Position numbers and translations under genes: made by a program. From a virus (taxonomy: Duplodnaviria; Caudoviricetes): a stretch of 44,171 bases of DNA. How positions within the stretch are numbered: the first letter of the stretch is position 1; the number at the start of each line of letters is the position of its first letter. Where the stretch lies: positions 1 to 44,171 of IMG/VR virus record IMGVR_UViG_3300012940_000011. The stretch is one strand, 5' to 3'. Below are positions 26,151 to 33,876 of the stretch, piece by piece. The notes under the pieces are model-generated. The model made no database searches, was not told the origin of the DNA, and saw only the letters and a list, made by a program, of their open reading frames with translations.

Positions 26151-26377
26151 GCTGCTATCTCAGAATAATCGTTCCAGATGACGCGCAGCGCGTCGGCGAA
26201 ATCGAGCGAAGGCGCCCGGTTGGTCAAGCCGTCGAATTCGTCGCGGAATTGCGCCGCGTCATCGCCTTGGAAATAGAGCGTGCGACCATCTGGCTTGTAC
26301 TCGATTTCATAGGCCAGCCCATTGCCCAAAGAGGTGACGCGCCAGTCCGGCAAATCGTGAATGATGGTGCTGCGCAT
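26147..26377 (-). CDS. Hypothetical early protein ending EIAA
   Basis: LYFQGDDAAQFRDE motif; coupled to the next gene. Confidence 0.65.
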   Translation of the reverse strand: MRSTIIHDLPDWRVTSLGNGLAYEIEYKPDGRTLYFQGDDAAQFRDEFDGLTNRAPSLDFADALRVIWNDYSEIAA

Positions 26378-26380
26378 CGC

Positions 26381-26737
26381 TCAATTCCCTTCGTCAAGCT
26401 TGATAGCTGCGGCCGTGCGAATATGCGGCGGAATACATTGGAGCTTGCACGCGACATTGAGCGCGATCACGGCTGGCCCGGTTTCGCTGCAAAGGGTTTC
26501 CGCACGGCTGCGCGCGTTGTCACCATCGCCGATAAAATCATATGCGCGAAGGCAAGCGTTTTTGCTGGCGATAGCGCCACGCTGCGCGCCAGCGTTGTGA
26601 GTGAGGCGCGAATAATCGTCGTGCATTTCTGCTTGCTTAATCAGCGCTTCGCGGAAGAGCGAAGGGTGCGCGACAATTGAGCGCTCAATAATATCGGCCG
26701 CGCTCGGATTTTCGGGAAGGTTATAGATTCCGGTCAT
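26381..26737 (-). CDS. Hypothetical early protein
   Basis: Start follows the repeated leader motif with GGAG. Confidence 0.65.
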   Translation of the reverse strand: MTGIYNLPENPSAADIIERSIVAHPSLFREALIKQAEMHDDYSRLTHNAGAQRGAIASKNACLRAYDFIGDGDNARSRAETLCSETGPAVIALNVACKLQCIPPHIRTAAAIKLDEGN

Positions 26738-26759
26738 TGTGTCGCTCCATTGAAAGCGG
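26733..26759 (-). promoter_or_regulatory. Repeated early-gene leader motif, copy C
   Basis: CCGCTTTCAATGGAGCGACACAATG. Confidence 0.7.
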
Positions 26760-27265
26760 TTTAGGGTTGCTGTTTCCACACCCATATTCAGGGATTGCAG
26801 CCCGGTCAATAGGAAAAATGAAATCAGCGGAAAATAGCGTGCGATTGACGGATTTTCCCCAAGTCTGTTTGGACTTGCTGTTTCCATACCTTGACCTAGA
26901 GCAAGCGAAACAAGGCTTGCCTTTTATGCGCGCGCGCGTTTGAGTGACGACGCGACAAAATCGCTTCGCGCTCCGCTCCGCGCCTAGCGGCGCTGCGCTC
27001 CACGCTCGCTTGTTTGCGCTTGATAGATGACAGGAAAAAATCTCAAGCATTGGAAAATTCCTTTTTGTCAAAATTCGTCCTGGCGGATTTTCCCTATTGC
27101 GCTGGCATTGCGATTGTCACCCGCGCCGCGATTTTCTCCGATCAAGCGCCCGGATCGTCAAAATCCGGATCCGTGCCAGCCGCATGAATTCATCCCGTGC
27201 GGCGCAATGCGCGCAATGGTCGCCGTCGAAATAGGCGCGCTCTGAATATGTCATGGTTGATCCCT

Positions 27266-27526
27266 TTAGTAGGTGAACGTGATAAGCCAATAACCTTTGC
27301 GAGGCTCCCGCTTGCGGGAAATAAAAGGCTTTTCGGATTTATAGAACGAATTGAATTCCACGCGCTCGCGGAATTGACCCGTCCCGTATTTTACCGTCAC
27401 ACAATGCCGCAAATCGCCAAAAGCCCATTTAGCGAGCTTGTCATATGCCGCGCGGTCGCTCAGGTCGTCGATTTGATTGAGCATTTCCGGAGTGAGATTT
27501 TTGACAATGAATGTAACCTTGCCCAT
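27266..27526 (-). CDS. Hypothetical protein, first gene of the leftward arm
   Basis: AAAGGA RBS; downstream of a TTGACG-N16-GATAAT promoter. Confidence 0.6.
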   Translation of the reverse strand: MGKVTFIVKNLTPEMLNQIDDLSDRAAYDKLAKWAFGDLRHCVTVKYGTGQFRERVEFNSFYKSEKPFISRKREPRKGYWLITFTY

Positions 27527-27572
27527 GATTGCAATTCCTTTCCGTGTTGCCATTCCCTGATAGCCCGGAAAG

Positions 27573-27600
27573 ATTATCATCCAGTAAACGGGCCCGTCAA
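27573..27600 (-). promoter_or_regulatory. Leftward sigma70-type promoter
   Basis: TTGACG-N16-GATAAT. Confidence 0.6.
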
Positions 27601-27629
27601 ACAAAATGCGACGCAGCGGAATATATTTG

Positions 27630-27658
27630 TTGACATTCTCAACGCGACCTTGCATTGT
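27630..27658 (+). promoter_or_regulatory. Rightward sigma70-type promoter
   Basis: TTGACA-N17-CATTGT, back to back with the leftward promoter. Confidence 0.55.
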
Positions 27659-27942
27659 GTCCTCATGATATGACGCAAGGTAAGGATAAGATATGACGCA
27701 GCGACGCATCGGCAAGGAAAACAAGGGCGGGAAGGGACCCGTAGGGACCCGCCGGCCAGGGGAGGGGGTAGCCTTCGAGCCGGGCTCGGCAGACCGGATC
27801 GGGTCGCTGCACGAAATAGATACCAATTTTCCCTACCACCTTCCCCTACGTCACATCTGATATCAATGCTTGCAATTATCCCCAACCACCCCCATCGTGC
27901 CGCCGCCCCTTGGGCAATTTCAAATCATCAGGAGAAATCACC

Positions 27943-28293
27943 ATGAATGGAATTCACCCCGCCCCTGCCCGGTTTACGGCAGCCCAAATCGGTACGGACC
28001 CGATCCTTCATTTCTTCCACTACGCGCACTTGCCTGCGGCGCTACAGGCCGCGTCCAAACCCTTCTGCGATCTCGCCGAGCATATCGTCACCACCCTGCC
28101 CCGAAACCCGGAGCGGACGGTAGCGCTGCGCAAACTTCTCGAAGCCAAGGACGCCGCTGTGCGTGCCAACCTGCCGGCCCCGAAACTGGAAGACCGCGAG
28201 CCGGCTGGCGTGGCTTCCCAGGATTTCGGGGAGCCACGCGAGGTCGGCGGTCACGATATCGACCGCGACGGGCCGGTGCCCTTCTCCGACTAG
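27943..28293 (+). CDS. Small helical-hairpin protein, possibly Acb2/Tad1-like
   Basis: FFHYAHLP..LQ..SKPF..LA.....LPRNPERTVALRKLLEAKDAAVRA; AGGAG RBS. Confidence 0.6.
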   Translation: MNGIHPAPARFTAAQIGTDPILHFFHYAHLPAALQAASKPFCDLAEHIVTTLPRNPERTVALRKLLEAKDAAVRANLPAPKLEDREPAGVASQDFGEPREVGGHDIDRDGPVPFSD

Positions 28294-28303
28294 CCGGTAA
28301 AAC

Positions 28304-28339
28304 AGGGCTCCGTCTCGAAAGGGATGGGGCTCTCTTTTT
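28304..28339 (+). terminator. Intrinsic terminator
   Basis: AGGGCTCCGTCTC-GAAA-GGGATGGGGCTCT followed by CTTTTT. Confidence 0.75.
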
Positions 28340-28343
28340 GCCA

Positions 28344-28372
28344 TTGACGAAGCAAACGCAATCCGTCATAAA
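28344..28372 (+). promoter_or_regulatory. Sigma70-type promoter
   Basis: TTGACG-N17-CATAAA right after the terminator. Confidence 0.55.
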
Positions 28373-28407
28373 GAGCACGGCAATCATGCCGGGTAGGAAA
28401 ACAACCC

Positions 28408-28767
28408 ATGATGACCTACGAAGATGTAGCGCGCATCTGCCATGAGGCAAACCGGGCATGGTGCGCCCATAACGGCGATCACTCGCAGCCGGCTTGGGAA
28501 GACGCCCCGGAATGGCAGCGGGAAAGCGCCCTTAGCGGCGTCGCATTTCACCAGCACAACCCCGAGGCCGGGGATAGCGCCTCACACGACAATTGGATGG
28601 CCGAAAAAGCGGAAGCCGGTTGGGTCTATGGGCCCGAGAAAAACCCCGATGCTACGCCGCCCACGCATCCGTGCATGGTGCCCTTCGACCAATTGCCGCC
28701 GGAACAGCAATTCAAAGATCGGCTTTTCCGCGCTATCGTTCACGCCGCTCTTCGCAAGAGCGCCTGA
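28408..28767 (+). CDS. RyR-domain protein
   Basis: HDNWMAEK...GWVYGP.K.....THPCMVPFDQLP..QQ.KD. Confidence 0.8.
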   Translation: MMTYEDVARICHEANRAWCAHNGDHSQPAWEDAPEWQRESALSGVAFHQHNPEAGDSASHDNWMAEKAEAGWVYGPEKNPDATPPTHPCMVPFDQLPPEQQFKDRLFRAIVHAALRKSA

Positions 28768-28768
28768 C

Positions 28769-28957
28769 ATGGCAGCGGCACCAATGGACATGCTCCGCAA
28801 ATGCCGGGAGGTGTTCGCCCGTCAAGCGGAAGCTCAACGGCAAGCAGCGAACGACCAAACGCTGCCAGATGCTTTCCGGGGCGCCGCTGGCACCAAAGCC
28901 GAACGCAACGAGCGCCTGGTTGCCGAGATCGACGCCACGCTCCGGGAATGGGGATAG
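28769..28957 (+). CDS. Hypothetical protein
   Basis: 62-aa helical ORF tiling the operon. Confidence 0.55.
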   Translation: MAAAPMDMLRKCREVFARQAEAQRQAANDQTLPDAFRGAAGTKAERNERLVAEIDATLREWG

Positions 28958-28976
28958 ACCATGGGGTATTTGAAAA

Positions 28977-29186
28977 ATGAGCAAGATCGCAGAAATTCAG
29001 AACACCGGGACGCGGCTCGTGAAGCTGCGGCAGAAATTAGCCGCGCGTGCAGGCGTTCCGGGCTACGAGAAAAATTGCGAGGCACTGCGGGCGGAAATCG
29101 CCCGGCTGGAAGGAAGCACGGTGGCACCAGCGACCGAGACGACCAGCACCGAGGTGCACGAAAAACCGAAGCGCGATGACGCCTAG
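28977..29186 (+). CDS. Hypothetical coiled-coil protein
   Basis: Protein-like composition; tiles the operon. Confidence 0.55.
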   Translation: MSKIAEIQNTGTRLVKLRQKLAARAGVPGYEKNCEALRAEIARLEGSTVAPATETTSTEVHEKPKRDDA

Positions 29187-29239
29187 CCGGTGGCTTCAAA
29201 ATCTGGGAACGGGAGGCGGGCGCAGCCCGCGAAGGTGAC

Positions 29240-29548
29240 GTGATGACTGATAAAAACATGACACCCACCGTGGACTTGCTGCTTAAGCTGCGCAGGATCG
29301 ACAAGACCGGCCTGACTGTCCGCGATATCCTCCTGCTTTACACGATCATCGCCAATCCCGGCATCAACGGCCTGGACGCGGCAAAGGTGATCGGGATCGA
29401 AGCGCGTTCGTCGGTGCAATTCGGTCTCGCCCGGATGGTGAAGCGGGGCCTGATTGAAGACCGGCGCGAGAGCGAGGGCAAGGGCATCCCCAATCGTCTT
29501 TACGCCCTGCCGGCCGGGATCGAATTTTGGAACGAATTGAAATTGTAG
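29240..29548 (+). CDS. MarR-like winged HTH regulator
   Basis: LTVRDILLLYTI..NPGI....AK......RSSV...L.RM.KRGLI. Confidence 0.7.
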   Translation: MMTDKNMTPTVDLLLKLRRIDKTGLTVRDILLLYTIIANPGINGLDAAKVIGIEARSSVQFGLARMVKRGLIEDRRESEGKGIPNRLYALPAGIEFWNELKL

Positions 29549-29558
29549 GAGCGGGATC

Positions 29559-30362
29559 ATGGGCGGGGCATTGTTGCAAGGGGTGAGGGAGGCTTCTGTC
29601 TCGAAGGGCGACGACACGACGCTAACCCGCTTCGTGAAGACCACCACCGCCGAGAAGCCGCGCAAGCAACGCCGGCAACCCCGCCTCCCCGGTCTTGAGG
29701 CCGGTTTCGTCGCCGAGGGGCGCACGAAATTCACCAAGTCGGTCAAGGCCGTTTCCGAAGTCACCAACATTCTCGTCTCGGGACACAACAACGTCAAAAT
29801 CGGCCGCGACGTGCGCAAGGCCAAATTCCGCGGATACTGGATATACACGCTATCGCTCGAAGAGCGGAAAACCTGCCCTAGCTCGTGCCAGCATTGGCAA
29901 ACCTGCTACGGCAACAACATGCCGTTTGCCAAGCGCGTCGATCACACGGACCCGGAATTCCTGCCGACGCTCGAAAAAGAAATCGCCATGCTCTGCGCGA
30001 AGAAAAAGGGCGTGCTTGTCCGTCTCCACGCGCTCGGCGATTTCTTCTCGACCGAATATGTCGGCTTCTGGCGCGACCAGCTTATCAAGCACCCCAATCT
30101 CGCGATCTACGGCTACACGGCCCGGTTGCACGACGCCATCGGTGGCCTCGTTCATGCGACCAACCAGGATTTCCCGGATCGCTGCTTCATCCGATTTTCG
30201 GACGGCCCTTTTCCGGTCATGTCCACCGCGAGTATCGGCGATGAAGCCGGCCGCCCCGCAAACGCCTTTGTCTGCCCGGAACAAACTGGTAAGACAAGGT
30301 GCTGCGCCACCTGCGGTGCTTGCTGGTCCACTACCAAAAACGTAGCTTTCATGGAGCATTGA
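29559..30362 (+). CDS. Gp88-like Cys-rich (radical-SAM-like) protein
   Basis: TCPSSC....CY, VRLHALGDF, YGYT, IRFS, CPEQ....CCATCGACW. Confidence 0.65.
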   Translation: MGGALLQGVREASVSKGDDTTLTRFVKTTTAEKPRKQRRQPRLPGLEAGFVAEGRTKFTKSVKAVSEVTNILVSGHNNVKIGRDVRKAKFRGYWIYTLSLEERKTCPSSCQHWQTCYGNNMPFAKRVDHTDPEFLPTLEKEIAMLCAKKKGVLVRLHALGDFFSTEYVGFWRDQLIKHPNLAIYGYTARLHDAIGGLVHATNQDFPDRCFIRFSDGPFPVMSTASIGDEAGRPANAFVCPEQTGKTRCCATCGACWSTTKNVAFMEH

Positions 30363-30363
30363 C

Positions 30364-30435
30364 ATGGACAAATGGGATGAATTGACGGTGAAGCAGATCG
30401 CCGAGCGGCCGGAAATCACCGGGGACGCCGAATAA
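30364..30435 (+). CDS. Possible 23-aa peptide
   Basis: MDKWDELTVKQIAERPEITGDAE*; GGAG RBS; TAATG overlap with the next gene. Confidence 0.4.
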   Translation: MDKWDELTVKQIAERPEITGDAE

Positions 30436-30854
30436 TGCGTGATCGTCCGCCCAAGGGAATTCGCTATTTCAATCTCGGCCCGTGGCCCGTCTATTGCGGC
30501 TTCACGACGAGCGAAAAAGCGTTTCAGAAGGAAATGAAGCGTCTCAAGATCGAGAACGTGGATTTCCTCGGGCGGGCGCACGCCAATGCGACCACGCACA
30601 TTTTCACCAACAAGGGCTCGCTCTGCTTCCTGATCACTTGCCAGCCGTTCGAGCGGCGGCGCTGCACGCGGGAAATGTATGCGGCGCTGATCGCGCACGA
30701 AGCGGTCCACGTCATCCAGGAAATGAGCAAGGAATTGGCTCGCGGCGAATCGCTCGGCAGCGAGGCGGAAGCCTACCTCGTGCAGCAAATCGTCCAGGAG
30801 AGCTTGCAAGACGCATGGGCGAGCACGAAGGTTCGCCGCACGGAGCCTGTATGA
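30435..30854 (+). CDS. HExxH-motif protein (putative metallopeptidase)
   Basis: LIAHEAVH...EAEAYL. Confidence 0.65.
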   Translation: MRDRPPKGIRYFNLGPWPVYCGFTTSEKAFQKEMKRLKIENVDFLGRAHANATTHIFTNKGSLCFLITCQPFERRRCTREMYAALIAHEAVHVIQEMSKELARGESLGSEAEAYLVQQIVQESLQDAWASTKVRRTEPV

Positions 30855-31207
30855 CCGAGAAGACGACCAACCTCCCCGCGACGCGCACCGATCCCGTCGA
30901 GCCCACGCGCGACCTCGCGAAGCTGCCGATGATCTCGGCCGAGCAATACCAGCATGTCGGCCGCTTTGCCGGCGCGCTGGTCATGTCCTGCTTCGAGCAA
31001 ATCGGTGGCCTCCCGCGCATGGCGAATTGGGCGGACGAAAACCCCACGGATTTCTATACCAAACTATTCCCCAAGATGATCTCGCGAAGTCAGCAAGTCG
31101 ATGTTAGTGGCACGTTGACTATCGACGATGCGATTTCGCGTCTTGAGCGGATGGATGAGCCAATTGACGCGGATTTCACCGAAATTCAGCAGCAATACGA
31201 CCTTTAA
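30851..31207 (+). CDS. terS: Putative terminase small subunit, ends QYDL
   Basis: FEQIGG...M..WA..NP..FY.KL.PK pattern; upstream of TerL. Confidence 0.55.
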   Translation: MTEKTTNLPATRTDPVEPTRDLAKLPMISAEQYQHVGRFAGALVMSCFEQIGGLPRMANWADENPTDFYTKLFPKMISRSQQVDVSGTLTIDDAISRLERMDEPIDADFTEIQQQYDL

Positions 31208-31227
31208 CCGGCATAGGAGAACGTGCC

Positions 31228-31536
31228 ATGATACCGAAGAATGGATGGAAGGACATGGAAACGGCGCCAACGGACGGCACCGTAATCATGGCCCGCTACC
31301 ACCCAAAAGACGTGATGGCCGGGAAATTCGACACAAATACTTGGATGGTCCATCCCGTCCAATGGCTCTGCGACGAGCGCGGCAAGAATTGGCAATGGTC
31401 GCTTCCCGGCCGCATGGGCGCGGGAGCCTACGCAGTCGGTTGGATGACTTTCGAGGAATTCCAGCAGGCGCAAGCCGATGAAGAACAACCGCGCCTCGCT
31501 CTCCCGAGCGGCGCTTCGCAGGAATTCGACCTATGA
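31228..31536 (+). CDS. DUF551-like protein ending QEFDL
   Basis: WKDMETAPTDGT...W...GWM. Confidence 0.7.
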   Translation: MIPKNGWKDMETAPTDGTVIMARYHPKDVMAGKFDTNTWMVHPVQWLCDERGKNWQWSLPGRMGAGAYAVGWMTFEEFQQAQADEEQPRLALPSGASQEFDL

Positions 31537-31907
31537 GCGTCGCACGCAAGCGCAAGGTCGCAGCCGCTCGCCTCGGCATCGAATTCCAGAAGCGCTATGA
31601 GCGGCTGGCGTTCGCCCAAGGCGCCGATGAGGTGACGGTTGCGGCCGTCGATCTCGGCCAGCTTTTCAACGACAACGCGGAATTCGTGATTTGGGCGCTG
31701 AAAAAGCTCGGCGGGCTCAATCCGCCCAATCCCGAAGAGATCAAGAAAATTCGCCCGCCGACGCATGCGAACGATCTTCCGACGCTGCCGCCGGCCTTGA
31801 CTGGCACACCGCCAGTCGTCGAAGAAAAATGCACCTGTCCGGTGCTTGAGCACGGCATCATCGGCCGCGACAAGCATATGACCGCCTGCCCGGAGTATAC
31901 ACCATGA
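31533..31907 (+). CDS. Hypothetical protein
   Basis: ATGA-coupled; C-terminal CTC..H..H..C. Confidence 0.65.
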   Translation: MSVARKRKVAAARLGIEFQKRYERLAFAQGADEVTVAAVDLGQLFNDNAEFVIWALKKLGGLNPPNPEEIKKIRPPTHANDLPTLPPALTGTPPVVEEKCTCPVLEHGIIGRDKHMTACPEYTP

Positions 31908-32092
31908 AGCCCGGAGACAATTTCACGATTGCCGGCATACACCGCAAGGTTAGAAATGGTAAGCGTCGATGGTGGCAATTCTGGAAGCCTCGGTATATCG
32001 ACGGTCCGCTCAAGGTTTTTCAGGTAGTCAAAATCTTCCCACCACTGAAAGTCCGTCAATGGGAAGACAAATATTTTCGAGGCGAGGAATAA
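31904..32092 (+). CDS. Hypothetical basic protein
   Basis: GGAG RBS; ATGA overlap; RRWWQFWK motif. Confidence 0.55.
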   Translation: MKPGDNFTIAGIHRKVRNGKRRWWQFWKPRYIDGPLKVFQVVKIFPPLKVRQWEDKYFRGEE

Positions 32093-32093
32093 A

Positions 32094-33863
32094 GTGGATA
32101 TCCACGCGATTGCCGCTGATGCAGGAATTTCTGTTGACGAAGTGCGCGAGCGGTGGCTTTCGCTTCGGGTAGCCATCTGGAAATCTGACTTTCGGCGGTT
32201 CTCCCGCGAAGCTATCCGCATCCGCACGAAATCAGGCGACCTCGAACCACTCATCCTCAACGCCGCGCAGGAAATCTTGCACGACGCGGCCGAGGAACAG
32301 CTTGCCGAAGAGCAATGGGTGCGCCTGGCCGGCCTCAAGGGGCGCCGGCAGGGTTTTTCCACCTACGTCGCCGCTCGGGGGTATTGGCGCGCGACTTTGT
32401 GGGATCGCCAGAAAATCTATATCCTCTCGCACGAAATGGCGTCGTCCAACGTGCTATTCGGCATGACCGCGCTCATGCAGGAGAAGCACCCTTTCCCGCC
32501 GCAGGTGGGCACCGACAATGCGAAGGAATTGGAATTCGTCAAGCGTGGTTCGAGCTATCAGGTTGCGACGGCTGGACAGAAGGCCGGCGGGCGCGGCGGC
32601 GCGGTGACATTCTTTCATGGCTCGGAAGCGGCATGGTGGACCAACGCCCCGGATCACTTCGCCGCTTCGGTGCAGGGCGTGGACGAAGTGCGCGGGGTTT
32701 GGGGCGTGCTCTGGAAAGAACCACGCAACCCTCTGCCGTTCGAGGCCGGCCGGGGCGAAATTTACGGATGGGTGAAGGCGCCTTCCGAAATCTGGCTGGA
32801 AACGACTTCGGCGGGCCCTACGGGCGAATTCTGGAAGCGCTACACCGACGCGATGAAGCGCATCGGCCGTTACCGCGCCGTTTTTGTGCCGTGGACGGTC
32901 CAGCCGGAATACGCCGAGGAAGGCGATTTCGTGCCGATGCAGGAGCCCGAGGAAGAGGGCGAGCTTTCCGAGCTTGAATATCAGGAACTTCACGGGCTCA
33001 CCGATGCGCAAATGCTCTGGCGCCGGTCGAAAATTCACGAGCTTGGATCAATCGGGAAATTCCGGCAGGAATACCCTATCGACGTGACCGAGGCTTTCGC
33101 CGCCGCCGATATTGAAGGTGTATTCATCAAGCCGGCCTTGGTCCTGCGTGCTCGCAAGCGCCAGATGGAGGATCCCGACGCTCCGCTGATCATCGGCGTA
33201 GACCCGGCCGGCTCGGGCGGCGACCGTTTCGCCGTTGCTTTCCGACGCGGTGACAAAATCCTCAAGGTGATCCACCGGAACAAGCTCGAACACGACGAAG
33301 CCGTGGCGTGGCTTTCGTCAATTATCGACGAGTGGCGCCCGAGCCGTATGTGCATCGACCGTGGTTCGATGGGGCAGAATATCGTGTCTGCCCTGCGCAA
33401 CCTCAACAAGCACTATGCCGATATTGTGAAGGGTATCGACTTCGGCGGCACGTCACGGATGAAGCAGGCGACGCCGAAGCGCGCCGGACCCTGGAACCGC
33501 CGAGCGGAAATGTATGGGGATTTCCGGGATTGGCTCACCGAAGGCGGCGCGATCCCGGACGATGACGATCTCGCATCGGATATCAGCGGCCCGAAGCAAA
33601 AGTGGCGCGCGAATAACGATTGGTTGCTTGAAAGCAAAACCGAAATGAAGGCGCGCGGCCTGCGGTCGTCCGATCTTTCCGACGCCTGCGCTTTGACCTT
33701 TGCAACGAAAGAGTGGTTTGATACATGGTCAAGACCAGAAAGGCCCAAGGGTTTCGGAGCCGGTGCAGCGCCAAATGAATTGATCGGTCACAATGGAGGT
33801 CCGGCACTGCAGGACGACGCATGGGATAGCGGGGATACCGGAGCCTACGGGTGGATGGCGTAA
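32094..33863 (+). CDS. terL: Terminase large subunit
   Basis: LKGRRQGFST, FHGSEAAWW, ETT, FRQEYP, IIGVDPAGSGGD, SSDLSDA. Confidence 0.93.
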   Translation: MDIHAIAADAGISVDEVRERWLSLRVAIWKSDFRRFSREAIRIRTKSGDLEPLILNAAQEILHDAAEEQLAEEQWVRLAGLKGRRQGFSTYVAARGYWRATLWDRQKIYILSHEMASSNVLFGMTALMQEKHPFPPQVGTDNAKELEFVKRGSSYQVATAGQKAGGRGGAVTFFHGSEAAWWTNAPDHFAASVQGVDEVRGVWGVLWKEPRNPLPFEAGRGEIYGWVKAPSEIWLETTSAGPTGEFWKRYTDAMKRIGRYRAVFVPWTVQPEYAEEGDFVPMQEPEEEGELSELEYQELHGLTDAQMLWRRSKIHELGSIGKFRQEYPIDVTEAFAAADIEGVFIKPALVLRARKRQMEDPDAPLIIGVDPAGSGGDRFAVAFRRGDKILKVIHRNKLEHDEAVAWLSSIIDEWRPSRMCIDRGSMGQNIVSALRNLNKHYADIVKGIDFGGTSRMKQATPKRAGPWNRRAEMYGDFRDWLTEGGAIPDDDDLASDISGPKQKWRANNDWLLESKTEMKARGLRSSDLSDACALTFATKEWFDTWSRPERPKGFGAGAAPNELIGHNGGPALQDDAWDSGDTGAYGWMA

Positions 33864-33876
33864 GGGAGCATGGGCA

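Noticed and set aside
9739-27526. Lysogeny module or diversity-generating retroelement (as in BPP-1)
   Set aside because: No integrase, CI-like repressor, reverse transcriptase or TR/VR repeat pair is recognisable.
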